NCBI GenBank assembly: GCA_016871615.1
Contig: VHCX01000012.1
Span: 287-64,286 of the forward strand
Reading direction: 5' to 3'
Length of the DNA stretch: 64,000 nucleotides
Source: Verrucomicrobiota bacterium
Lineage (GTDB): Bacteria; Verrucomicrobiota; Verrucomicrobiia; Limisphaerales; UBA9464
The first letter of the stretch is position 1. Each line of letters opens with the position of its first letter. Position numbers and translations under genes: made by a program. A model generated the notes under the pieces. That model ran no database searches, was not told where the DNA came from, and worked only from the letters and a program-made list of their open reading frames with translations. Shown here one piece after another: positions 37,114 through 47,971 of this stretch.

Positions 37114-37188
37114 TGGCTCCAGAGGAAGGGCTCGAACCTTCAACCCATCGGTTAACAGCCGATTGCTCTACCATTGAGCTACTCTGGA
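37114..37188 (-). tRNA. tRNA-Asn (anticodon GTT), CCA encoded
   Basis: Hand-folded cloverleaf: acceptor TCCAGAG/CTCTGGA, D-arm GCTC-AATGGTA-GAGC, anticodon arm ATCGG-CTGTTAA-CCGAT (GTT), variable loop GGGTT, T-arm GAAGG-TTCGAGC-CCTTC, discriminator G, then CCA. 75 nt. Confidence 0.95.
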
Positions 37189-37205
37189 ACGCTCGAAGAA
37201 AGGAA

Positions 37206-37235
37206 AATTTACCGACATCCCCGGACCATCGTCAA
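37206..37235 (-). promoter_or_regulatory. Candidate sigma70 promoter of tRNA-Asn
   Basis: The minus strand reads TTGACG (37235-37230), an 18-nt spacer, then TAAATT (37211-37206). It ends 17 nt upstream of the mature tRNA 5' end, in a locally A/T-rich patch. Confidence 0.5.
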
Positions 37236-37392
37236 CGACTAAAACCGAATCGCGCGCCTTCGCCACCGCAACCGGGACGCCTCCGCGCGGGGCCGCCGGG
37301 CGCCGGCGTGCGACGGTCGATACCGGGCGCCGCCCCAGGGTCAACTGCGGGCTTCCCTTGCCGGGCGACCGGGGCTTCCAATCCCGTCCGAC

Positions 37393-38517
37393 ATGCCCGA
37401 GATCGACTTGATGCGCCTCAAGGTGCGGCCCCTAGCCGAGCGCCGGAGCCTGACGCGGGTGGAGGACATCCTCATCGCACCGGATCGTCCGCCGGCTCCA
37501 CTCCCGCCGGCCCAGGCCGACCGCGTGGCCGAGATCGCCGAGGCGATGCGGGACGCCCGCAAGGCGGGGGCGCCGGTGATCCTGATGTACGGCGCCCACC
37601 TGATCCGCAACGGGGCGGTGCCCCTGCTCACGGGCCTGATGGAGGCCGGGTTCTTCCAGCACCTGGCCACCCATGGCGCGGGCACGATCCATGACTGGGA
37701 GTATGCGTGGCTGGGGCGCTCGACCGAGGGCGTCGAGGAGAACGTCGCGGCGGGCACCTTCGGCACCTGGGACGAGACGGGCCGCAACATCCACCTGGCC
37801 CTGATGGCCGGGGCGTTGCAGGGGCTGGGCTACGGCCAGTCGCTGGGCAGGTTCATCCATGAGGACGGGTGTGACTTGCCCGAGCCCGGGATGTTGGGCC
37901 AGTTGGTCGCCCAGTTCCCGGCCGACCCGATGGCGGGGGCCTGCTGCGAGCTGTTGTCGGCCATGACCCGGCACGGCCTGGGATCGGGCCGGCAGGAGGT
38001 GACCCATGCCTGGAAACACGCCAGTCTGCTGGCCCAGGCCTGGCGCCTCGGGGTGCCGGTGACGGTCCATCCGGGCATCGGATACGACATCATCTCCTGC
38101 CACCCGATGTTCAACGGGGCGGTGATCGGCCGCGCGGCGGCCCAAGATTTCCGGTCGTTCGCGGGGGCGGTGGAGGCGTTGGATGGCGGCGTGGTCTTGT
38201 CGATCGGTTCGGCGATCATGGCCCCGCAGGTCTTCGAGAAGAGCCTGAGTTGCGCCCACAACCTGCGCTTCCAGCAGGGCCGGGGGCCCGTGTCCGGGCA
38301 CCGCATCTACGTGGTGGACCTGCAGGATGGGGGCGGCTGGGACTGGACCCGGGGCGAGCCTCCCAAGAGCAATCCCGCCTATTACCTCCGGTTCTGCAAG
38401 AGCTTCTCCCGGATGGGAGGCTCGATGCAGTACCTCCAGTGCGACAACGCCACGCTGGTGCACCACCTGCACCGGGAACTGGTGGGTCCGCCGGCGGTCC
38501 CGGTGTCGCCCGTCTGA
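37393..38517 (+). CDS. Conserved hypothetical protein, tentatively deoxyhypusine-synthase-like (DHS-like NAD-binding fold)
   Basis: 374-aa ORF with strong GC3 bias. 'APVILMYGAHLIRNGAVPLLTGLMEAGFFQHLATHGAGTIHDWEYA' and 'VPVTVHPGIGYDII' loosely resemble DHS-family segments. This is a by-eye assignment only. Confidence 0.4.
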   Translation: MPEIDLMRLKVRPLAERRSLTRVEDILIAPDRPPAPLPPAQADRVAEIAEAMRDARKAGAPVILMYGAHLIRNGAVPLLTGLMEAGFFQHLATHGAGTIHDWEYAWLGRSTEGVEENVAAGTFGTWDETGRNIHLALMAGALQGLGYGQSLGRFIHEDGCDLPEPGMLGQLVAQFPADPMAGACCELLSAMTRHGLGSGRQEVTHAWKHASLLAQAWRLGVPVTVHPGIGYDIISCHPMFNGAVIGRAAAQDFRSFAGAVEALDGGVVLSIGSAIMAPQVFEKSLSCAHNLRFQQGRGPVSGHRIYVVDLQDGGGWDWTRGEPPKSNPAYYLRFCKSFSRMGGSMQYLQCDNATLVHHLHRELVGPPAVPVSPV

Positions 38518-38595
38518 GGTCGCCTTGCGGCGAAACCCCGGGCGGAGGTTGCTGCTTGACCCCGACCTGCGCCCCGGGCCATGCCATGCGGCCTC

Positions 38596-39534
38596 ATGAA
38601 GGCCTTGGTCACCGGCGGCGCCGGGTTCATCGGATCGCATGTGTCGGAGGCGCTGGTGCGCCGGGGACACTCGGTGGTCGTGCTCGATGATTTTTCGCTC
38701 GGGTCGCGCGACAACCTCGCGTGGATCCGCCCCGGCGATCCGGTGCAGGTGATCCCGGGTGATGTGGGCGACCAGGCGCTGGTCCGGCGGGCCGTGGAAG
38801 GCTGCGACTGGGTCTTCCACGAGGCGGCGATGCCGAGCGTGCCCCGGTCCATTTCCGAGCCGGTCTCCTCCAACCACACCAACCTGACGGCGGCCGTGCA
38901 GTTGCTGGAGGCGGCCCGGGCGGCGGGGGTGCGGCGGTGGGTGTTCGCCTCGTCGTCGGCGATCTACGGCAACAACGAGACCCCGGCCAAGCATGAGGCC
39001 CTCCCGCCGGAACCGCTGTCGCCGTACGCGTTGCAGAAGTACGCGGCCGAGACCTATGGCCGGATGTTCCACCAGTTCCACGGGTTGCCCACGGTGTCCC
39101 TGCGCTATTTCAACGTGTTCGGCCCCCGGCAGTCCTTCGATTCCCCCTATTCGGGCGTGATCGCGCGGTTCTGCACCCAGGCGCTCCGGGGCCAGACGCC
39201 GGTGATGTTCGGGGATGGCCTCCAGACCCGCGACTTCGTGCACGTGTCGAATGTGGTGGCCGCCAACATCGCGGTGGCCGAGGCGCCGGAGTCGGCGGTG
39301 GCCGGCCGGGTGTTCAACATTGCCCGGGGCGAGGGCGTCAGCCTGGTGCAGTTGATGACGAGCCTGAACACGATCCTCGGTCAGTCCATCGTGCCTGAAC
39401 ACCGCGAACCTCGGGTCGGCGACGTCCGTCATTCGCTCGCCGACATCTCCGCCGCCCGCACGGCCTTCGGCTTCGATCCGAAGGTCGGATGGGAGGAAGG
39501 CCTCCGCGACACGCTGCGGTGGTATCAGTCGTGA
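38596..39534 (+). CDS. NAD-dependent nucleotide-sugar epimerase/dehydratase (extended SDR)
   Basis: 'MKALVTGGAGFIGSHV' (GxxGxxG) and catalytic 'SPYALQKYAAE' (YxxxK). About 312 aa. An alternative ATG lies at 38581. Confidence 0.88.
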   Translation: MKALVTGGAGFIGSHVSEALVRRGHSVVVLDDFSLGSRDNLAWIRPGDPVQVIPGDVGDQALVRRAVEGCDWVFHEAAMPSVPRSISEPVSSNHTNLTAAVQLLEAARAAGVRRWVFASSSAIYGNNETPAKHEALPPEPLSPYALQKYAAETYGRMFHQFHGLPTVSLRYFNVFGPRQSFDSPYSGVIARFCTQALRGQTPVMFGDGLQTRDFVHVSNVVAANIAVAEAPESAVAGRVFNIARGEGVSLVQLMTSLNTILGQSIVPEHREPRVGDVRHSLADISAARTAFGFDPKVGWEEGLRDTLRWYQS

Positions 39535-39576
39535 TGAAACCGAAGATGCCCCTCTTGGAGGGCGGATCGAAACGCG

Positions 39577-39602
39577 GACAGGCCGCCCGTGGGTGGCCTG
39601 TC
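39577..39602. terminator. Stem-loop between the convergent epimerase and esterase genes
   Basis: GACAGGCC-10 nt-GGCCTGTC (8-bp perfect stem). There is no U-tract, so terminator function is uncertain. Confidence 0.3.
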
Positions 39603-39643
39603 GGTCCTGGGAACCCCGGACTTGAAAGCGCTCCGGCCCCGTT

Positions 39644-40723
39644 TCAACCCGGACGGTAACCGCGCCAGGTCCAGACCAGGGTGTCGGCCAGCGTGTGCTC
39701 GAAGACCTTCGAGTCGCAGTGCCCGGTGGCCCGGCTGAAGACGTACCGGTAGTGGTAGCCCTTGTCGCGGAGGGCCGCCGCCGTGCGTTCACCGGCCATC
39801 ACCCAGTTGTGGTAGGTTTGCTCGGCGTCCTTGGCCCGAAGGTCGTTCTCCGACACATGGGTGAACAGGCGCAAGGGCTTCTTCGGACTGTTGGCGATGA
39901 GCTTCAGGCTCGAGTGGTACTCCCAGGCGCCCAGCGGGTACTTGGCCTCTTCGGGGGCGTCGTCGTCCTGCTGATCCACGAAGGTGCCGGAGTAGGCGAT
40001 CACGCGCCGGAACAGGTCGGGTCGGAACCAGGCCATGGTCATCGCGGCGGCACCGCCCGAGCTGCATCCCATCGTGGCTCGGCCCCAGGGGTTGCTGGTG
40101 ATGGACAGCCTGGGATAGGCGGCCCGGATGGCCGGATCGGCCAGCACGGCGGGGAAGACCTCGTCGTTGATGAAGCGCGCGAAGCGATCGGACATCGTGT
40201 CGTATTCGAGTCCGCGCTCGCTGTTCTTGCCGTCGTTGCCGCCGTTCTCGATGGAGACGACGATGAAGGGCGGCAGGCTGCGCGCGGGATCCGTGGAGAT
40301 CGTGAGGTTGTCGAGCGCGTTGCGGACGAGCTTGAGCTGACTGGGGCCATCGTGGGTGACGAGGACCGGCGCCGGGGTGCCGTCGCGGTGGGCGGCCGGG
40401 ATGTACACGAAGATCTTCCGCTCGGTGCGCACGGCCTTCTTGGCCGGCTCAAGGGTGTTGTCATCGCCCCGGAAAAGGCGGCTGTCGGCCAGGCGCATCT
40501 TGAATTCGAACTGCCGGCCCTTGGGATTGCCCCGATCGGTGAGGTCGGGATCGATGCGGTATTCGGGCCCGACGACGAAGTGGCCGTCGCCCTGGGAGCC
40601 GGGGTTTCCGGCGCGATGCCCATGGGTGCACCCGCCGGCGGCCAGGCCCAGCAGCAGCAGGGACAGGAACGACAGGGTGCGGGGCAGGGGGAAGCCGGAG
40701 GGCCTCGCTGTGGTCGGAGTCAT
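39644..40723 (-). CDS. Alpha/beta-hydrolase 'putative esterase' family protein (enterochelin-esterase-like), probable lipoprotein
   Basis: ATG at 40723. Signal plus lipobox 'LLLLGLAAGGC'. 'IFVYIPA...PVLVTHDG', nucleophile elbow 'GCSSGG', 'FINDEVFPAV'. The longer ORF start at 40741 is TTG. Confidence 0.75.
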   Translation of the reverse strand: MTPTTARPSGFPLPRTLSFLSLLLLGLAAGGCTHGHRAGNPGSQGDGHFVVGPEYRIDPDLTDRGNPKGRQFEFKMRLADSRLFRGDDNTLEPAKKAVRTERKIFVYIPAAHRDGTPAPVLVTHDGPSQLKLVRNALDNLTISTDPARSLPPFIVVSIENGGNDGKNSERGLEYDTMSDRFARFINDEVFPAVLADPAIRAAYPRLSITSNPWGRATMGCSSGGAAAMTMAWFRPDLFRRVIAYSGTFVDQQDDDAPEEAKYPLGAWEYHSSLKLIANSPKKPLRLFTHVSENDLRAKDAEQTYHNWVMAGERTAAALRDKGYHYRYVFSRATGHCDSKVFEHTLADTLVWTWRGYRPG

Positions 40724-40922
40724 GGCTCTGGGTCGCGCCAAAGCCGCCGCGACTCAAGCCCAAACTCGGAGCGGCCTCGGCCCGATGGTGGTCGGGTCAC
40801 CTCTGGCCCCGGTGGGGGCGGACCGCGGGCCCGGGGCTCCCGGTGGCACGATGCCGGAACGCCCCCAGGCGTCCCGGGGAATTGGATTGGCAAGGCCGAC
40901 GGACTCTCCCCGACACTCGGGC

Positions 40923-41816
40923 ATGAACTCGATGACGGGGTACGGCCGTGGCGAATCGTCGGCCGACGGCGCGCGCGTGGGGGTGGAGCTGAAGTCGGTG
41001 AACCGCAAGCAGGCCGAGGTGGTGGTGATGCTGCCGCCCGAGTGGGAGCCCTTGGAGGCGCGGATCCGGGACGCGGTGGCGCGGGTCGTGGCCCGCGGGC
41101 GCTGCGAGGTTCGCGTGAGCCTCGACCTGCCCGAGGGCGCACCGGCCGGACCACGCCTGCAGCGCGACGTGGTCGCCGCGTACGCCCGGGAGTGGTCCGA
41201 GGTGGCCGCCGGGCTGGGGCTCTCGGGCGCGGCCGCGCAGGTGAGCCTCGAGGTGCTGGCCCGATGCCCCGGGGTCTTCCCCACCCAGGACCGGTCGACG
41301 GTCGTGGATCCCGAGGCGGCCTGGCCGGCCACCTCGGCCGCACTGGCTTCGGCCCTGTCGGCTCTGGAGGGCATGCGCCGCCGCGAAGGCGAGGCCCTGG
41401 AGCGGGACCTGGAGGTGCGCATCGGAGGGATCCGGGCGGCGCTGGACCGGGTCCGGGCCCTCGCCCCCGAGGTGCCGTTGCGCCATCGGCAGGCCCTGCA
41501 TCAGCGCCTCCAGGCCGCCGGCCTCGAGGGGGTTTCCCTCGACGACGAGCGCCTGCTCAAGGAACTGGTGGTCTTCGCCGACCGCTCGGACATCTCCGAG
41601 GAGATCGCCCGGCTCGACAGCCACTTCCAGCAGTACGAAGACTGCCGCCGCAGCCGGGAGGCGGTGGGTCGCAAGCTGGATTTCCTGTCGCAGGAGTTCC
41701 ACCGCGAGATCAACACGATCGGTTCCAAGGCCAACGACGCCCGCATCGCCGCCGAGGTGGTGCTGATGAAGACGGAACTGGAACGCTTCCGCGAACAGGT
41801 CCAGAATGTCGAGTAG
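40923..41816 (+). CDS. yicC: YicC-family stress-induced protein (endoribonuclease family)
   Basis: Internal ATG at 40923. The N-terminus 'MNSMTGYGRGE' and C-terminus 'EFHREINTIGSKAND...ELERFREQVQNVE' are both canonical YicC ends. Confidence 0.9.
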   Translation: MNSMTGYGRGESSADGARVGVELKSVNRKQAEVVVMLPPEWEPLEARIRDAVARVVARGRCEVRVSLDLPEGAPAGPRLQRDVVAAYAREWSEVAAGLGLSGAAAQVSLEVLARCPGVFPTQDRSTVVDPEAAWPATSAALASALSALEGMRRREGEALERDLEVRIGGIRAALDRVRALAPEVPLRHRQALHQRLQAAGLEGVSLDDERLLKELVVFADRSDISEEIARLDSHFQQYEDCRRSREAVGRKLDFLSQEFHREINTIGSKANDARIAAEVVLMKTELERFREQVQNVE

Positions 41817-42486
41817 CCTGAGCCTCCCGCCCGAATCCATGCACCAGAGCGCCCCGTTCCTGCTGCTGATCTCCGCCCCGTCCGGAGCCGGCAAGACCAC
41901 CGTCAGCCAGGGTCTGCTGAACGCCTGCCCCGGCATCGGCCGCATCATCACCTGCACCAGCCGGGCCCCGAGGCCGGGCGAGGTCGACGGGGTGGATTAC
42001 CATTTCTTCAGCCGGGCCGACTTCGAGCAGCGCATCGCGGCGGGGCAGTTCCTCGAGCACGCCAACGTGTATGGCGACTGGAAGGGCATCCTGAAGGCGT
42101 CCGTGCGGGCCCACTGGGCGACGGGCCGGGACGCGCTGCTGAGCGTCGATGTGCAGGGAGCCGAGACGATCCGCCGGGTGGTCGCCGCCGATCCGTCGCT
42201 CGCCGGCCGCCTGGTGACGGTGTTCATCACCCCGGGCTCCCGCGCCGAACTGGAAGCCCGACTGCGGGGCCGGGATGCCGACGCGCCCGAGGCCATCGCC
42301 CGTCGCCTGGACACGGCCGAGGCCGAGGTGTCCCGCTGGGCCGAGTTCGACCATCTGCTGGTCAGCCGCAGCCGCGAGGAGGATCTGGACCGCCTCCGGT
42401 CGATCTACGAGGCCGAGCGGTGCCGATCGGCACGGCAGGAATTCCGATGGGAGACCCCCGGCAGCGCTTCCGGTCCACTTGCCTGA
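41806..42486 (+). CDS. gmk: Guanylate kinase
   Basis: P-loop 'ISAPSGAGKTT', 'TSRAPRPGEVDGVDYHF' and 'FLEHANVYG'. Overlaps yicC by 11 nt. An alternative start is at 41839. Confidence 0.93.
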   Translation: MSSSLSLPPESMHQSAPFLLLISAPSGAGKTTVSQGLLNACPGIGRIITCTSRAPRPGEVDGVDYHFFSRADFEQRIAAGQFLEHANVYGDWKGILKASVRAHWATGRDALLSVDVQGAETIRRVVAADPSLAGRLVTVFITPGSRAELEARLRGRDADAPEAIARRLDTAEAEVSRWAEFDHLLVSRSREEDLDRLRSIYEAERCRSARQEFRWETPGSASGPLA

Positions 42487-42489
42487 ACC

Positions 42490-43026
42490 ATGAACATCGT
42501 CCTTGGAGTCACCGGATCGATCGCCGCGCACAAGGCCATCGACCTGGCCAGCCAACTCACCCAGGCGGGCCACCGCGTGAATGCCGTGCTCACCGCCGAC
42601 GCGCAGCGCTTTGTCACGGCGCTGCCCTTCAAGACGCTGACACGGCAGCCGGTGGTCACCGACCTTTACGACGAGGAGGAGGGTTGGAAACCCACCCATG
42701 TCCGCCTCGCCGACGAGGCCGACCTGCTGCTTATCGCCCCGGCGACCGCCCAATGCCTGGCCAGGCTGGCGCACGGACTGGCCGACGACGCGCTGGGGTG
42801 CATCGCCCTGGCCGTGCGGCCCGAGGCGCGCGTGCTGGTTGCCCCGGCCATGAACGGCCGGATGTGGCGCCATCCGGCCACCCAGGCCAACGTCGCCCTG
42901 CTGCGGTCGCGCGGGGTCCATTGGGTCGGGCCTTCCGAGGGCCTGCTGTCCTGCGGGTACGAGGGCATCGGCCGATTGGCTCCGGTCGAGGAGATCCTCC
43001 AGGCGGTGCTCGCCGGGACCGACTGA
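42490..43026 (+). CDS. coaC: Stand-alone phosphopantothenoylcysteine decarboxylase-type flavoprotein (CoaC/HFCD domain, no CoaB domain)
   Basis: 'IVLGVTGSIAAHKAIDL', 'LLIAPATAQCLARLAHGLADD', 'APAMNGRMW' and 'CGYEGIGRL'. At 178 aa it is only the N-terminal half of a bifunctional Dfp. Confidence 0.85.
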   Translation: MNIVLGVTGSIAAHKAIDLASQLTQAGHRVNAVLTADAQRFVTALPFKTLTRQPVVTDLYDEEEGWKPTHVRLADEADLLLIAPATAQCLARLAHGLADDALGCIALAVRPEARVLVAPAMNGRMWRHPATQANVALLRSRGVHWVGPSEGLLSCGYEGIGRLAPVEEILQAVLAGTD

Positions 43027-43056
43027 GCCCGTCCCCCGAACCCCTTCGCGATCCCC

Positions 43057-44474
43057 ATGACCGAGTCGCCGACCCTGGAATCGCTCCGCCAGCGCTGGGG
43101 GGCGGTGCTGGAGGTGTTCCGGGCCCCGCCGCCCGACCCGGTGCTCTTCCGCCAGCGGGTCCGCTTCGTCGAGCGCAACATCGCCACCTGGGTGAAGCTG
43201 GTCCTGGCCCCGGTGATCTACTGGTACCTTTTCAACCCGGGCGCCTTCAGCACCCTCTCGGTACCGCGCGAAGACGTGCTGGGATACCTGCGCGACTTCA
43301 CGCTGATGATGACGGCGGTGAACATCGGTGCCGGGATCGTGCTGTGGGGCATGGATGAGATCACCACCCCGATGCTCGAGAAGGTGGTCTCCGGCATCTG
43401 CCTGCTGGACACGGCCTTCCTCGCGGCCGTCACGCTGTTCTGCGGCGGCTTCGACAGCGTCCTGTACTGGGTGTTCCTCGGGTTGGTGCTGCGCAACGCG
43501 GCCATCATCCCCAGCCCGGAGGTCCAGGTGCTCTCGAACCTCTTCGTCTGCGCCCTCTATGTGCTGTCGGGGGTGCTGGAGCTGAGGCTCAACCAGGTCG
43601 AGTCGCAGGTGCTCGACAGCTACACGCCGAAGCTCGAGTCGGCGGCCGGAGCCATCGATCCGTCGTCCGAGCCCTTCGAGTCGCTCATCCTGCGGGTGCT
43701 GCTGCTCCTGCTGATGACCGGGCTCTGCCTCGGGCTGCGCATCCTCATCGACCGGCAGCGGCAGCGGGAGGCCGAGGCCCAGGAGTTCGCCCTCAAGCAA
43801 GAGCAGCTGGAGGCCGCCGGCCGCCTGGCGGCCGAGATCGCCCATCAGCTCAAGAACCCGCTGGGCATCATCAACAACGCCGCCTACACCCTCCAGAAGA
43901 CGGTCCGCGAGGGCAAGACCATCACCCAGCAGATCTCCATCATCCGCGAGGAGGTGGCGCGCTCCGACCGGATCATCACCGACCTGATGGGCTATGCGCG
44001 CCTGACCGAGGGCCGCGTCGAGCGGGTCGAACTGCCGGAGGTGATCGAACAGGCCCTGGCCGTCGCCCTGCCGCCCGGCGCGGGATTCGCCATCGAGGTC
44101 CACCGCGACATCCCGCCGGCCCTGCCGGTCCTGCTCGGCCAGCGCGGTCATTTCCTCGAGATCTTCACCAACCTCCTGGTCAACGCCCGCGAGGCGGTGG
44201 GCCAGCGGGGCCGGGTGTGGATCACCGCGCGCCCCGCGCCCGACTACGCCGTGCAGGTGAGCGTCCGCGACTCCGGTCCCGGCATACCTCCCGAGGTGGC
44301 CGGCCGGATCTGGGAGTCGTATTTCACCACCAAGGACCGCGGGACCGGCCTGGGGCTCACCATCGTCAAGCACACGGCCGAGATGTACGGCGGGAGGGTC
44401 CGGGTGGAATCCGAGGCTGGCCAGGGGGCCACCTTCACCGTCACGCTGCCCGCACGGACCCTCATGCGACTTCG

Positions 44475-44478
<4 letters not shown>
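43057..44478 (+). CDS. Sensor histidine kinase with a polytopic, membrane-embedded N-terminal sensor region
   Basis: About 6 hydrophobic segments with no large periplasmic loop. H-box 'AAEIAHQLKNPL', N-box 'NLLVNAREA', G-boxes 'DSGPGI' and 'GTGLGL'. Confidence 0.88.
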
Positions 44479-45898
<1,420 letters not shown>

Positions 45899-45902
<4 letters not shown>

Positions 45903-46234
45903 GTCCCCTGTTTCCCAACGCGATTCTGATCCTCGCCGAGTCGACGGCGCCCCAGCTGCCGACGGGCCTGGATCCGGAGACCCAGAAGGCCTTCAGCGGC
46001 GGTGCCGTGGCCCTCTTCGCCGGCCTGTTGGTGCTGGCGCTCGGGCTGATCTGGGCGGTGTTCTTCCGCAAGTCGGACAAGCAGAAGGCCCGCGGCGTGA
46101 TCAGCGACGCCCAGGGTTCCGGCCGACGCCGCCGCCGTCGCCGCAGCAAGGAGCGTCCCCGCAACCCGACGCTGGCCGATACCGGGGGGCTCCCGCCCAA
46201 GGGCGCCGGCGACCAAAATCCGCCGGAGCTGTGA
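45899..46234 (+). CDS. Small single-pass membrane protein with a poly-arginine tract and a 'RNPTLADTGGLPP' tail (unknown function)
   Basis: ATGA overlap with the regulator stop and GTGA overlap with the next gene. Strong GC3 bias in this frame. TM helix 'GGAVALFAGLLVLALGLIWAVFF', then 'GSGRRRRRRRSKERPRNPTLADTGGLPP'. The competing frame is an Arg/Pro/Gly-rich shadow. Confidence 0.6.
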
Positions 46235-47106
46235 ATTCGGGCGTCTCGGAGCAGATCACCCGCAAGAGCGCCTCCAACCTGGCGCTGGCATTCATTCTCC
46301 TGCCGCCGGAGAAGCGGGTGGCGATGTCCGCCCTGTATGCCTTCTGCCGGCAGGTTGACGACGCGGCCGACGAGGACTCCATCCCGGTCGATGAGCGCCG
46401 ACGGACGCTGGCGGCCTGGCGGACGGACATCGCGGCGGCCTGCGAGGGCCGGGAACCGTCGATGGAGGTCAATCGGGAGTTGGCGCCCCACATCCACACC
46501 TACCGGCTGCCCTTCCGCCTGTTCGACGAGCTGATCCTCGGCGTGGAGACCGACCTGGTGCAGACCCGGTACAACACCCCGTCCGAGCTGGAGCTCTACT
46601 GCTACCGGGTGGCCAGCGTCGTGGGGCTCCTGAGCATCGAGATCTTCGGCTACACCGACCCGGCCTGCCGGGCCTACGCCGACGCCTTGGGCAAGGCCCT
46701 CCAGTTGACCAACATCCTTCGGGATGTCGGCAACGATTCGTTCCGCGGGCGCATCTACCTGCCGCTGTCCGATCTCGAGCGGTTCCGGGTGCGGCCCGAG
46801 GAGATCCTCCGGCGCGAGTGGTCGGAGCGCTTCCACCAGCTGGCCCTCGAGGTCGACGGGCGGGCCCGGGGGTTCTACCGCAGGGCCCGGGAGATCCTGC
46901 CCGTGTCCGAGCGGGCCTCGATGGTGTCGGCCGACCTGATGGGCAACGTCTACTGGCGGCTCTTGGAGCGGCTCGAGCGGTCGCGCTTCCATGTGCTCGA
47001 CGAGACGCCCCAGCGCCTGAGCCGTGCCCGCAAGATCGGGATCATCCTCGGGGCGATCCTGAGGTCCCGGCTGGGGCTGAGGGTCACGAGTTATGGCGGC
47101 GACTAG
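46231..47106 (+). CDS. Squalene/phytoene synthase family enzyme (HpnD/CrtB-like head-to-head prenyl-diphosphate condensing enzyme)
   Basis: GTG start at 46231 (GTGA junction). 'LAFILLPPEKRVAMSALYAFCRQVDDAADE' is the first Asp-rich motif. 'LQLTNILRDVGNDSFRGRIYLP' is the second conserved region. Confidence 0.85.
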   Translation: MNSGVSEQITRKSASNLALAFILLPPEKRVAMSALYAFCRQVDDAADEDSIPVDERRRTLAAWRTDIAAACEGREPSMEVNRELAPHIHTYRLPFRLFDELILGVETDLVQTRYNTPSELELYCYRVASVVGLLSIEIFGYTDPACRAYADALGKALQLTNILRDVGNDSFRGRIYLPLSDLERFRVRPEEILRREWSERFHQLALEVDGRARGFYRRAREILPVSERASMVSADLMGNVYWRLLERLERSRFHVLDETPQRLSRARKIGIILGAILRSRLGLRVTSYGGD

Positions 47107-47971
47107 CTTGGGCCCCGGGGCCGGGACGGTGGGCGGCAACGACCCCGCGAAGGCCATCCGTCTGATCGTCAACGCCGATGATTTCGGCATCTCGGAGAGC
47201 GCCAATCGGGCGATCGAGCGGGCTCATCGGGAGGGCATCCTGACCTCGGCCAGCCTGATGGTGGCGGGAGACGCCGCCGACGAGGCGGTCCGGATCGCCC
47301 GGGCGAACCCGTTGCTGGGCGTGGGCCTCCACCTGGTGCTGGTCTGTGGTCGTGCGGTGCTCCCGGGCCATCGCATCCCCGGGTTGGTGGATGCCGCCGG
47401 CCGGTTCACCGACAACCCGGTGCTGGCGGGATTGCGCTATTTCTTCCTGCCGGGGTTGCGGGCCCAGGTGCGGGATGAGGTGCTGGCGCAGTTCGAGGCG
47501 TTCCAGGCCACCGCGCTGCCTTTGGACCATGTCAATGGGCACCTGAATTTCCACCTGCATCCCGGGGTGTTCCGGGTGCTGCTCGACGAGGCCGGCAGGC
47601 TGGGGGTCCGCTCGGTCCGCCTGACCCGCGACCCGCTGATCCAAAACCTTCGCCTGGCCTTCGGGGAGTATCTGTATCGGGTCTCCCATGCGGCCGTGTT
47701 CGGGGCGCTGTCCCGGCGGAGCCGCCCGCTCCTCGCGCAGCGCGGACTTCGCCATGCCGGTGCCACCTACGGATTGCTGCAGAACAGCCGGGTGACCGAG
47801 GACTATCTGCTCCGTCTGCTCCCGGAGCTTCAGCCGGGCACCTGGGAGCTGTATTGTCATGCCGACGAGGGCGCGCACCGGCATGAGCTGGAGGCGCTGC
47901 TCAGTCCGCGGGTGCGCGAGGTCCTCGAGGCCCGCGGCATCCGGAGCTGCCGGTATTCCGATTGCCTATGA
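47093..47971 (+). CDS. YdjC/ChbG-family carbohydrate deacetylase, HpnK-like
   Basis: 'IRLIVNADDFGISESANRAI...GILTSASLMVAG...LGVGLHLVLVCG...LDHVNGHLNFHLHP' is the YdjC metal-site pattern. As recalled, it closely resembles hopanoid-associated HpnK. Confidence 0.8.
   Translation: MAATSLGPGAGTVGGNDPAKAIRLIVNADDFGISESANRAIERAHREGILTSASLMVAGDAADEAVRIARANPLLGVGLHLVLVCGRAVLPGHRIPGLVDAAGRFTDNPVLAGLRYFFLPGLRAQVRDEVLAQFEAFQATALPLDHVNGHLNFHLHPGVFRVLLDEAGRLGVRSVRLTRDPLIQNLRLAFGEYLYRVSHAAVFGALSRRSRPLLAQRGLRHAGATYGLLQNSRVTEDYLLRLLPELQPGTWELYCHADEGAHRHELEALLSPRVREVLEARGIRSCRYSDCL

Noticed and set aside
36787-37143. Extension of the dacB ORF (35143..37143) upstream of ATG 36786
   Set aside because: The extension reads through the tandem repeats and 30 nt into the tRNA-Asn gene on the same strand. 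The PBP4 similarity and a signal-like segment begin at 'MRPMMARDAIRRPWVALALG'.
37432-39792. 786-aa minus-strand ORF
   Set aside because: It is antisense to the DHS-like and epimerase genes, both of which have clear motifs or GC3 bias. It has a low-complexity Arg/Gly/Pro composition.
41710-44373. 887-aa minus-strand ORF
   Set aside because: It is antisense to gmk, coaC and the histidine kinase, all of which are unambiguous. This is a shadow ORF.
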